This document shows positions 13,252 to 24,193 of a stretch of 64,000 nt of DNA, piece after piece. Location: contig JAWMAR010000217.1 in the NCBI GenBank assembly GCA_036785375.1, positions 3,038,001-3,102,000 on the forward strand, written 5' to 3'. The stretch comes from Leucoraja ocellata. Taxonomy: Eukaryota. The number at the start of each line of letters is the position of its first letter. The stretch's first letter is position 1. The position numbers and the translations under genes were made by a program. The notes beneath the pieces are model-generated. The model was not told where the DNA came from. It ran no database searches and saw only the letters and a list, made by a program, of their open reading frames with translations.

Positions 13252-14177
13252 GTCTCCCCAGTAGCCTTTGCAAATCTCCCCGACAGGATATTGGTCCCCC
13301 TCGAGTTCAAGTGCAACCCGTCCTTTCTGTACAGGTCGCACCTTCCCCAAAAGAGGTCCCAATGATCCAGAAACTTGAATCCATACCCACTGCACCAGTC
13401 CCTCATCCACTCATTTATCCTCCACCTCGCTCCATTCCTACTCTCACTGTCGCGTGGCACAGGCAGTAATCCTGAGATTGTTACCTTTGCAGTCCTTCTC
13501 CTTAACTCTCTACCTAACTCCCTAAATTCTTCTTTCAGGACCTCTTCTCTTTTTTTACCTATGTCGTTGGTACCTATATGTACCACATCCTCAGGCTCCT
13601 CTCCCTCCCATTTCAGGATTTCTTGGACACGTTCAGACACATCCCTGACCCTGGCACCAGGGAGGCAAACTACCATCCGGGTCTCCTGTCTGCGTCCACA
13701 GAATCGCCTATCCGACCCCCTGACTATAGAGTCCCCTATTACAATCGCCCTCCTCTTCTTTTCCTTACCCTTCTGAGCAACAGGACCGGTCTTTGTGCCA
13801 GAGGCCTGGCCGCTGTCGCTGCCCCCAGATAGGCTGTCTCCCCCACCCTTACTCAAACATGAGTACTTATTTTCAAGGTGTACAGCCACCGGGGTACTCA
13901 CCAGTCCCTGCCTCTGCCCATTGCCCTTCCTAACTGTGACCCAGTTTTCTGTCTCCCGTGGTCTTGGAGTGACCACCTCCCTGTAACTCCTTTCCATGAC
14001 CTCCTCGCTCTCCCTGAGCAGACAGAGGTCATCGAGTTGCTGTTCCAGGTTCCTGACACGGTCCCTTAAGAGCCCCATCTCGACGCACCTGGCGCAGATG
14101 TGGACGTCTGGAAGGCACTCAGACTCCATGACCTCCCACATCTGATATCCAGAACAGTAAACTGCCCTGGCCCTCAT
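13242..14177 (-). CDS. CR1 ORF1p (zinc-finger/coiled-coil plus SGNH/GDSL esterase), 311 aa, uninterrupted
   Basis: MRARAVYCSGY...CARC, coiled coil, GDSIVR, HIGTND and DGLHLN motifs. Confidence 0.85.
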   Translation of the reverse strand: MRARAVYCSGYQMWEVMESECLPDVHICARCVEMGLLRDRVRNLEQQLDDLCLLRESEEVMERSYREVVTPRPRETENWVTVRKGNGQRQGLVSTPVAVHLENKYSCLSKGGGDSLSGGSDSGQASGTKTGPVAQKGKEKKRRAIVIGDSIVRGSDRRFCGRRQETRMVVCLPGARVRDVSERVQEILKWEGEEPEDVVHIGTNDIGKKREEVLKEEFRELGRELRRRTAKVTISGLLPVPRDSESRNGARWRINEWMRDWCSGYGFKFLDHWDLFWGRCDLYRKDGLHLNSRGTNILSGRFAKATGETLN

Positions 14178-14711
14178 TCTCCCCCTTATCCTGAACACAA
14201 TACAAAGCCTTACCCGGGATACAAGCCAATCAGCTGCTTCCTCTAGTCCGTTCGACCAATCAGAGGCTTCCACCAGCCCCCTTAATTTGAAGTGTGATCT
14301 GCGAATGGAATGTTGCAGAATTTGGCTCCTCCCTCTGTAACAGCTCCTGGGCCTCTGTTGAAACAAGCCCCGCGATGGGTTTTTGAACTCACCACACGGA
14401 CGTCGCTCCTCCCTCTGTAACGGCTCCTGGGCCTTAACTCCCAGAATCCTTAACTCCCAGAATCCTTAACCTGAAAGCAGAAATGTAAACCCGGGGTTGC
14501 ACCCAATCAGCTGCTTCCTCTGGGCCTCTTCCACCAAGCAGAGGCTTCCACCAGACTCCTTCTCTGGAAGCGAGATGGAACGTTGCAGATTTGGGTAACT
14601 CCTCCTCGCACCAACGGCTCCCCGGGCCTCTGTAGAAGCAAGCCCCGCACTGTTTTTATACTCACAGCTCCAGGTAACTCCTCCTCTCACCAAAGGCTCC
14701 CCGGGCCTCTC

Positions 14712-15066
14712 ATGAACTGTACACTGCAAGGGCCAGGAAGCGAGCGGGTAAGATCATCTCTGACCCCTCTCAGCCTGATCACAAACTCTTTAAAGCACTT
14801 CACTCTGGAAGGAGATTCCAGACTGTCAAAGCCGCCACAGCCAGACATAAAAACAGACAAGCAGTAGCTCTACTCAATAACCAAAAATCTGTAGCCTCCT
14901 TTTGCTCTGGTCTTTTATTTCATTCACATGTTTAAATTATAATGTTTTTTCTTAATGTTTTATTCTTAATTGTTTACTGTATGTCGTGTTGTTACTTGCG
15001 AGTGGAGCACCAAGGCAAATTACTTGTATGTATACATACTTGGCCAATAAACTTATTCATTCAATT
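14712..15066 (+). mobile_element. Rex1/Babar-type LINE 3' fragment
   Basis: ELYTARARKRAGKIISDPSQP...SGRRFQTVKAATARHKN, then 3' UTR with aataaacttattcattca. Confidence 0.75.
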
Positions 15067-15358
15067 TCATAAAGAGAAAGCAAATATTGATTGCCAGAGT
15101 TGCTGGGACAATTGATATAGTACTCTGAATTCGTCAAAGTTTCACAATCTTGTATCAGGATAGAGTCTTCGTGGAAGAGATGAAAAGCAGGAGAGAATTA
15201 AGATGGGTAATGAGATTGGGGGCTCTCTAAACAGACGGAGAGATACCAAGAGGAATTTATACTCCAGGAGGTCATTGCCAAGAGTTTTATCTAATCTCAG
15301 AAACTGGATGCAATGCTGCAAAAAAATATAATCACTTAATACAAATAGCCAAGGTAAA

Positions 15359-18300
15359 GCACAGATTTACTAGAATGTTGCCTGGGTTTCAGCAACTAAG
15401 TTACAGAGAAAGGTTGAATAAGTTAGGGCTTTATTCTTTGGAGCGCAGAAGTTTAAGGGGGGACTTGATAGAGGTTTTTAAAATAGAAACATAGAAACAT
15501 AGAAATTAGGTGCAGGAGTAGGCCATTCGGCCCTTCGAGCCTGCACCGCCATTCAATATGATCATGGCTGATCATCCAACTCAGTATCCCGTACCTGCCT
15601 TTCCTCCATACCCCCTGATCCCCTTAGCCACAAGGGCCACATCTAACTCCCTCTTAAATATAGCCAATGAACTGGCCTCAACTACCCTCTGTGGCAGAGA
15701 GTTCCAGAGATTCACCACTCTCTGTGTGAAAAAAGTTCTTCTCATCTCGGTTTTAAAGGATTTCCCCTTTATCCTTAAGCTGTGACCCCTTGTCCTGGAC
15801 TTCCCTAACATCGGGAACAATCTTCCTGCATCTAGCCTGTCCAACCCCTTAAGAATTTTGTAAGTTTCTATAAGATCCCCTCTCAATCTTCTAAATTCTA
15901 GAGAGTATAAACCAAGTCTATCCAGTCTTTCTTCATAAGACAGTCCTGACATCCCAGGAATCAGTCTGGTGAACCGTCTCTGCACTCCCTCTATGGCAAT
16001 AATGTCCTTCCTCAGATTTGGAGACCAAAACTGTACGCAATACTCCAGGTGTGGTCTCACCAAGACCCTGTACAACTGCAGTAGAACCTCTCTGCTCCTA
16101 TACTCAAATCCTTTTGCAATGAAAGCTAACATACCATTCGCTTTCTTTACTGCCTGCTGCACCTGCATGCCTACCTTCAATGACTGGTTTACCATGACAC
16201 CCAGGTCTCGCTGCATCTCCCCCTTTCCCAATCGGCCACCATTTAGATAATAGTCTGCTTTCCTGTTTTTGCCACCAAAATGGATAACCTCACATTTATC
16301 CACATTATACTGCATCTGCCAAACATTTGCCCACTCACCCAGCCTATCCAAGTCACCCTGCAGTCTCCTAGCATCCTCCTCACAGCTAACACTGCCCCCC
16401 AGCTTAGTGTCATCCGCAAACTTGGAGATATTGCCTTCAATTCCCTCATCCAGATCATTAATATATATTGTAAATAGCTGGGGTCCCAGTACTGAGCCTT
16501 GGGGTACCCCACTAGTCACTGCCTGCCATTGTGAAAAGGACCCGTTTACTCCTACTCTTTGCTTCCTGTTTGCCAGCCAGTTCTCTATCCACATCAATAC
16601 TGAACCCCCAATGCCATGTGCTTTAAGTTTGTATACTAATCTCTTATGTGGGACCTTGTCGAAAGCCTTCTGGAAGTCCAGATACACCACATCCACTGGT
16701 TCTCCCCTATCCACGCTACTAGTTACATCCTCGAAAAATTCTATAAGATTCGTCAGACATGATTTACCTTTCGTAAATCCATGCTGACTTTGTCCAATGA
16801 TTTCACCACTTTCCAAATGTGCTGCTATCCCATCTTTAATAACTGACTCTAGCAGTTTCCCCACTACCGATGTTAGACTAACTGGTCTGTAATTCCCCAT
16901 TTTCTCTCTCCCTCCCTTCTTAAAAAGTGGGGTTACGTTTGCTACCCGCCAATCTTCAGGAACTACTCCAGAATCTAAAGAGTTTTGAAAGATTATTACT
17001 AATGCATCCACTATTTCTGGAGCTACTTCCTTAAGTACTCTGGGATGCAGCCTATCTGGCCCTGGGGATTTATCGGCCTTTAATCCATTCAATTTACCCA
17101 AAACCACTTCCCGGCTAACCTGGATTTCACTCAATTCCTCCAACTCCTTTGACCCGCGGTCCCCTGCTATTTCCGGCAAATTATTTATGTCTTCCTTAGT
17201 GAAGACGGAACCAAAGTAGTTATTCAATCAGTCCGCCATATCCTTGTTCCCCATGATCAACTCACCTGTTTCTGACTGCAAGGGACCTACATTTGTTTTA
17301 ACTAATCTCTTTCTTTTCACATATCTATAAAAACTTTTTATCAGTTTTTATGTTCCCTGCCAGTTTTCTTTCATAATCTATTTTCCCTTTCCTAATTAAG
17401 CCCTTTGTCCTCCTCTGCTGGTCTTTGAATTTCTCCCAGTCCTCCGGTATGCTGCTTTTTCTGGCTAATTTGTACGCATCAACCTTCGCTTTGATACTAT
17501 CCCTGATTTCCCTTGTTATCCATGGATGTACTACCTTCCCTGATTTATTCTTTTGCCAAACTGGGATGAACAATTTTTGTAGTTCATCCATGCAGTCTTT
17601 AAATGTCTTCCATTGCATATCCACCATCAACCCTTTTAGAATTAATTGCCAGTCAATCTTGGCCAATTCACGTCTCATACCCTCAAAGTTACCTTTCTTT
17701 AAGTTCAGAACCATTGTTTCTGAATTAACAATGTCACTCTCCATCCTAATGAAGAACTCAACCATATTATGGTCACTCTTGCCCAAGGGGGCAAGTACAA
17801 CAAGATTGCTAACTAACCCTTCCTCATTACTCAATACCCAGTCTAAAATAGCCTGCTCTCTCGTTGGTTCCTCTACATGTTGATTTAGATAACTATCCCG
17901 CATACATTCCAAGAAATCCTCTTCCTCAGCACCCCTGCCAATTTGATTCACCCAATCTATATGTTGATTGAAGTCACCCATTATAACCGTTTTGCCTTTG
18001 TCACACGCATTTCTAATTTCCTGTTTGATACCATCTCCAACTTCACTACTACTGTTAGGTGGCCTGTACACAACACCCACCAGCGTTTTCTGCCCCTTAG
18101 TGTTTTGCAGCTCTACCCATACCGATTCCACATCCTCCAAACTAATGTCCTTCCTTTCCATTGCATTAATCCCCTCTCTAATCAGTAACGCTACCCCACC
18201 TCCTTTTCCTTTCTGTCTATCCCTCCTGAATATTGAATATCCCTGGATGTTCAGCTCCCAGCCTTGGTCACCCTGGAGCCATGTCTCCGTGATCCCAACT

Positions 18301-19308
18301 ATATCATAGTCATTAATAGCTATCTGCACATTCAACTCATCCACCTTATTACGAATGCTCCTTGCATTGAGACACAAAGCCTTCAGGCTTGTTTTTACAA
18401 CACTCTTACCCCTTATACAATTATGTTGAAAAGTGGCCCTTTTTGATTTTTGCCCTGGTTTTGTCTGCCTGCCACTTTTACTTTTCACCTTGCTACCTAT
18501 TTCTTCTATCCTCATTTTACACCCTTCGGTCTCTACGCTCACACATTTAAGAAATCCTTTCCCTTTAACTCCATCCTCCACTGTCCCATACAACACCCCA
18601 CCCCCCTTATTCAGTTTAAAGCCACCCGTGTAGCAGTGGCAAACCTGCCTGCCAGAATGCTGGTCCCACACCTGTTAAGATGCAATCCGTCCCTTTTGTA
18701 CAGTTCCCCCTTACCCCAAAACAGATCCCAGTGATCTAAGAATCTAAATCCCTGCCCCGTGCACCAGTTCCTCAGCCACACGTTCAGGTCCCGTATCTCC
18801 CTGTTCCTGCTCTCGCCAGCACAGGGAACTGGAAGCAAACCGGAGATAACAACCCTGGAGGTCCTGCTTTTCAACATTTTTCCGAGCTCTCTAAAGTCAC
18901 GCTGCAGAATATTCATCCCCTTCTTTCCGACATTCCAAAATGATGAGAGGGATAGACAGAGTTGACGTGGAAAAGCTTTTCCCACTGAGAGTAGGGAAGT
19001 TTCAAACAAGGGGACATGACTTGAGAATTAAGGGACTGAAGTTTAGGGGTAACATGAGGGGGAACTTCTTTACTCAGAGAGTGTTGGCTGTGTGGAATGA
19101 GCTTCCAGTGAAGGTGGTGGAGGCAGGTTCATTTTTATCATTTAAAAATAAATTGGATAGTTATATGGATGGGAAGGGAATGGAGGGTTATGGTCTGAGC
19201 GCAGGTATTTGGGACTAGGGGAGATTATGTGTTCGGCACGGACTAGAAGGGTCGAGATGGCCTGTTTCCGTGCTGTAATTGTTATATGGTTATATGGTTA
19301 TATGGTTA
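15359..19308 (+). mobile_element. CR1 family B 3' fragment (15359-15484 joined to 18937-19308), host of a nested insertion
   Basis: RFTRMLPGFQQLSYRERLNKLG...EVFK|MMRGIDRV...; (ggttatat)3 tail. Confidence 0.9.
15485..18936 (-). mobile_element. Young 5'-truncated CR1 family A with near-intact ORF2
   Basis: ORF1 SGNH C-terminus 18611-18936, APE ORF 17325-18671, 548-aa RT ORF 15581-17227, (catagaaa)n tail; TSD aaaat at 15480-15484 and 18937-18941. Confidence 0.95.
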
Positions 19309-20004
19309 ACTTATGAACACAGTAAATGGTTGAAGTAAATATGTTGAGGCATTTAAGGAGAATTTGACAAGGATATGGGTGAAAAGGGAGTTGTGAGTTC
19401 ACGTTTAGATTCAGGTAAGAAAACAAGGGATTAGGGTTGAGAGGGACATCAATGTTAGCATTGGGCAAATGGTCTCTTTTGGTACAGTATATGTAATCCT
19501 ATGTTAATTCAATATTTTACCATGTGCCACCATCAATCCTAAACTCTCCTCAATTCAATTCACACCAGTTATTCACGTACCAACAATCTTTATCAATCAG
19601 CACTCATACCGAACATTCATGTACTTTACCACACCCTCATGTACTTAGCTCTGCTGCTGGCCTCACACCCACATCGTTCAGTTTGCACACAATGTCAGCT
19701 ATTTCACCAGAATACCTACGCAATCCATATAACCTCAATAACAAACTTGCCTCTCCCTAGCAAGAGAAGGAGATGCACCAACGGAGATGTCAGGAACTAA
19801 TAAGAGGGAAAGTGTGCACCTGGGACCCAGAATCCCCCTGGATGAGGTGGAACTGGTTAATATAGGAACACCACTCCTGAGGCTGTGACCAGTGGTGTTG
19901 ATGAATCAACTAAAGGCCACACTCTCCTTATTCCCCACAGTCCTCTGCCAACCCACTTCCCTTGATCATGATCTCCATCTCTTCTAACTCACAATATGTT
20001 CATA

Positions 20005-20297
20005 AATTTATAAGTCATAGGAGCAGAATTAGGCCGTTCGGCCTATTGAGTCTACTCCACCATTCGATCATGGCTGATCTATCTTTACCTCTCAACCCTA
20101 TTCTCCTGCCTTCTCCCCATAACCCTTGATACCCTCCCAGATCAAGAATCTTGTCTGAAAATCTCCAATGACTTGGCCTCTACAGCCATCAATGGGGATG
20201 AACTCCACAGATTCACCACCCTCTGACTAAAAAAAATTCCTCCTCAACTCCTTTCCAAAGGTATGTCCTTTTATTCTGAGGCTGTGCCCTCTGGTCT
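20005..20297 (-). mobile_element. CR1 3' fragment
   Basis: ataagtcataggagcagaattaggcc...ccacagattcaccaccctctg, typical CR1 3' end. Confidence 0.75.
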
Positions 20298-21026
20298 TGC
20301 TGTTACTTTAATTCCCTTCACCAAAATGTTACTCTTAATCTTTCAGAAATCGTTCACACATGTTTACCTCCAACTTTAGTGGAAGAAAAGTTTCAGCAAG
20401 AAGGCAGCAAGGGCAACTGTAAGCTGGCACTGTCCTGTCCATTTAGTACTGAAAACAAAAAACATTGCCAATACACAGCAGGTCAGGCAGCATTCATGGA
20501 AAGAGAAACAGATAGTATTTCAGGTTGTAAACTTTTCATCCAAACAGGCAAGCAATATGATAAGTTATAAATTCCACCTACTTAGTACCAGTTACATAAA
20601 ATAAATTTCTCCCCAAGCTCTCTCATCCCATATATTAATTTGCTTTCCCCATAATATATGGAAAATGTGCGAGAGATTGGTGCCATCAGTGATGTCAGGA
20701 ATTGAAGATGGTTTATTTTCATATTTCCTTACAAAAGGAAGTAATTCAGCCCACCAAATATGTACAGTCTCTCAGAGCAATCCCGTCAATCCCACTTAGA
20801 TCTCTTTTGTTTTCTTCCTTGCGAATGGTCCTCATTTGGCCAATGGCATGGGTTATTGCAAGAGATTCAGTAAATGAGCATCTACTAGTTCCTTGCCATT
20901 TGCTGTGCATGACCCATGATGATATGTGTTGTCTCCTGGGGCAGTATTAAGGATTTTCATTATCCAAGAACATTCAATAAAACAATAGAGAACCAGGTAT
21001 TTAGAGTGAAATGCAGGTTCTATATA

Positions 21027-22041
21027 CAGTGCCTTCAGAAAGTATTTAGGCCCCTTCACCTTTTCCACATTTTGTTACGTTACAGCCTTATTCTAAAATG
21101 GGTTAAATTATTTTTTTTTAGCATCAATCTACACACAATACCCCATAATAAAAAAGCGAAAACCGGTGTTTAGAAAATTTGGCATTCAGGTCAAAGAGTT
21201 CAATCTTGGTTTCATCAGACCAGAGAATCTTGTTTGGGTGCCTTTTGGCAAACTCCAAGTGGGCTGTCATGTGCCTTTTACTGAGGAGGTGCTTCAGTCT
21301 GGCCACTCTACCATACAGGCCTGATTGGTAGAGTGCTGCAGATATAGTTGTCCTTCTGGAAGGTTCTCCCATCTCCACAGAGTAACTCTGGAGCTCTGTC
21401 AGAGTGACCATCGGGTTGTTGGTCATCTCCCTGACCAAGGCTCTTCTCCCCCGATTGCTCAGTTTGCCGGGCGGACAGCTCTATGAAGAGTCCCGGTGGT
21501 TCCAAAGTTCTTCCATTTAAGAATGACGGAGGCTACTGTGCTCTCGGGACCTGCAATGCTGCAGAAATTGTTTTATACCCTTCCCCAGATCTGTGTCTCG
21601 ACACAATCCTGTCTCGGAGGTCTACAGACAATTCCTTCGTCTTCATGGCTTGGTTTTGGCTGTGACATACACTGTCAACTGCGGGACCTTATATAGACAG
21701 GTGTGTGCCTTTCCAAATCATGTCCAAACAATTTAATTTACCACTGGTGGACTCCAATCAAGTTGTAGAAACATCTCAAGCATAATCAATGGAAACAGGA
21801 TGCACGGAAGCTCAATTTTGAGTGTCATAGCAAAGGATCGGAATGCTTATATAAATGCGATATTTCAGTTATTTATTTTTAGTTACTTTGCAAAACATTC
21901 TAAACACCTGTTTTTGCTTTTTTTTAATATGTATTGTGTGTAGATTAATGATTAAAAATGATTTTAATCAATTTTAGAGTAGGCTGTAATGAAACAAAAT
22001 GTGGAAAAATGACGGGGTCTGAATACTTTCTGAATGCACTG
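21027..22041 (-). mobile_element. Internally deleted Tc1 DNA transposon
   Basis: TA|cagtgccttcagaaagtatt ... aatactttctgaatgcactg|TA; long TIRs; transposase from ATG at 21646 (MKTKELSVDLRDRIV...) to WSDETKIELF, with the rest of the DDE domain deleted. Confidence 0.92.
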
Positions 22042-22804
22042 TAAATAAAATAGACAGAGGTGTTGCCTTTAGTAGATTCATCACCACCACTGGCCATAGC
22101 ATAGGCCCATCACCTGCAATTGCTATCTACAGTTCCCCTCACCAAAGCAGACCTGATCCAAATACAGAGATGTTATCATAAAGCTTCACTAGCAAGTGCT
22201 GAGCTGGGTTTCAAGCACTGCATTGGAAAAATCTTTACCCCAAAGTTCCACAGGAAGCTTTGATTGATAGGCAGAGAGCTCCAGCCTCCAGTTTTGCCAG
22301 CTGTCAAATTCATCAGAGATGTTTGGATGTGTTTGAATGCTGCTGTGAATCAGAAACACTTAAAGATACTAAAACTGAAATAAATATTGACAACTTTTAA
22401 AAATCCTTACATTGAAATGAAACGAAATAAAAACGTATAAAAATGTAAGTCATTAAATAAAATCAAAATAATTTAATAAAATAACCTACCTTCCAATGTT
22501 ATTTGTTCCCTACAACTCTGCACTCCCTTTAAATTTACTGTGAACCTTCATTAGTACAGCACCAGAGTGTATTGAAACATACAGCAGTCACGATTGCTCG
22601 AGGTCTTGGATTCTTCCGTATAAATTGATATGTTAGGAAGTCTGTGATCTGCTGAGAATGAAAAGAATAAATGCTGTTGGAACCATTGACATTCACTCGC
22701 AAAATTCAAACCTTTTATTTCTATTTGTGTACAGTTGGTTGTTATTAAAATCCTGAAATATTTGAACAAAGTGCTGTGCAGCTTCTCTAGGAATTAGTCA
22801 TATA

Positions 22805-23600
22805 CCGTATTTCATGGCAATGAAGTCGCACCTGCGTCGAAGACGCATCCCCATTTTGAGTCGCAAAATATTGACAAATAAAAAACAGACATTCGCCGTG
22901 GTGGTCATTTCCATTCGCCATGTTGGCAGTTATTTCCATTCGCCATGTTGGCGGTTATTTCCATTTGCGGCCATTTCCAGTGCAAAACACAGATATGTAT
23001 ACACCGGTGCAGTAATTAAAAAAATACAGCGTTTGGAATAAAATAACATTTAGTTGTGCACAGAACAAAGATTACAGAGATCACAAAAACGAAAAGCATT
23101 CTAATCTTCAAATCCAAAAATGTCACTATTGTCATCCGAATTTTCAAAGCATAATAACGGTAATTCATCAGGGTCATCACTGCTGTTCGAAGCATCACTA
23201 TCATCAAAGAGACAGTCGTCTTAAACAACTTAAACAGAATTTACACAGCTCCTACCTAGACCAAGTGTTTGAAATGGCAAAAATCCCCACGTGAATGCAT
23301 GTCGCTTCTGATTGGATTGCTGTTTTGTACTGAAACGCTTCCTATCGGCCAGGGGTGTCAAACTCGCGGACTGCGGGGCGCATCTGATCCGCGAAGGAGT
23401 CCGATCCGGCCCGCGGGATGATTTCCTCGATGCCAGAGCGGGCATGAAGTCGCATTTTGCCCGTGACCTAAAATGAGGTAAAATGAGTTTGACACTCCTT
23501 CTATAGGCCTATGAACAGCCTAGCCTTCGGCCTCGAAGACGCAGGTAATTTTTCTGGCCTATTTTAGGGTAAAATTTAGCGTCTTCATTGCCGGGAAATT
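22805..23600. mobile_element. Non-autonomous TcMar-Tc2-type element
   Basis: TA|ccgtatttcatggcaatgaagtcgc ... gcgtcttcattgccgggaaat inverted termini; internal ttccattcgccatgttggc tandem repeat. Confidence 0.7.
23350..23500. mobile_element. hAT (Charlie-type) MITE nested in the Tc2 element
   Basis: caggggtgtcaaactc ... gagtttgacactcct TIRs; 8-bp TSD ctatcggc/ctataggc. Confidence 0.85.
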
Positions 23601-23601
23601 T

Positions 23602-23900
23602 GGGCAGCACTGTGGCACAGCTGTAGAGTTGCCGCGTTACAGCGCTAGAGACCCATGTTTGACCCTGACTACAGGTCAATCTGTATGAGTTTGTAAGTTC
23701 TCCCTGTGAACGCATGGGTTTCTCAGGGTGCTCTGGTTTCTTCCACATTCCAAGGACGTTCAGGGTTGTCAGTGAATTGGCTTTTTTCAATTGTCTGTCG
23801 TGTTTAGGATAGAACTAGTGTAAGGGTGATTGCTGGTCGGTCAGTCAAAGATCCTGTTTCCACACTTTATCGTTGAATTAAACTGAACTGAATTGAATTT
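23602..23900 (+). mobile_element. tRNA-derived SINE
   Basis: gggcagcactgtggcacagctgtagagttgccg... same family as 6906-7184. Confidence 0.75.
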
Positions 23901-24063
23901 GGACAAGGGAAAGCAGATAATTAAAACAGAGGTTCAGTGGAAGGACCATGGGAAGGCTGAAAGTTAAAAATTATAATATGACATCAGGAACGGACTTAAT
24001 AAAAGAGCATAATGAGATCAATTTAGCTAAATCATAATGAAAGAAGTGCTGGTGGACACAAAA

Positions 24064-24193
24064 TGTGAAGAAGGGTCTCGACCCGAAACATCACCAATTC
24101 CTTCTCTCCATAGATGCTGCCTCGCCTGCTGAGTTTCTCCAGCATTTTGTGTCTACCTTCGATTTTACCAGGATCTGCAGTTCTTTCTTAAAC
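24064..24193 (+). mobile_element. Penelope-derived hammerhead repeat
   Basis: tgaagaagggtctcgacccgaaacatcacc...ctgcagttctttcttaaac. Confidence 0.75.

Larger units (their letters stand above)
10184..14711 (-). mobile_element. Full-length CR1 LINE (family B)
   Basis: Monomer-like 5' UTR, ORF1 with SGNH esterase, APE (NARSI...SETWL...YYRPP...SDH), RT (GVPQGSVLGP, YADDTK) and (ggttatat)-type tail. Confidence 0.95.

Noticed and set aside
9933-15066. Idea that CR1-B inserted into a single Rex1 element
   Set aside because: The flanking Rex1-like 5' piece (minus) and 3' piece (plus) are in opposite orientations, and there is no convincing TSD.
15969-18734. Plus-strand ORFs of 90-170 aa antisense to CR1 ORF2
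   Set aside because: Shadow ORFs opposite the coding strand, with no recognisable domains.
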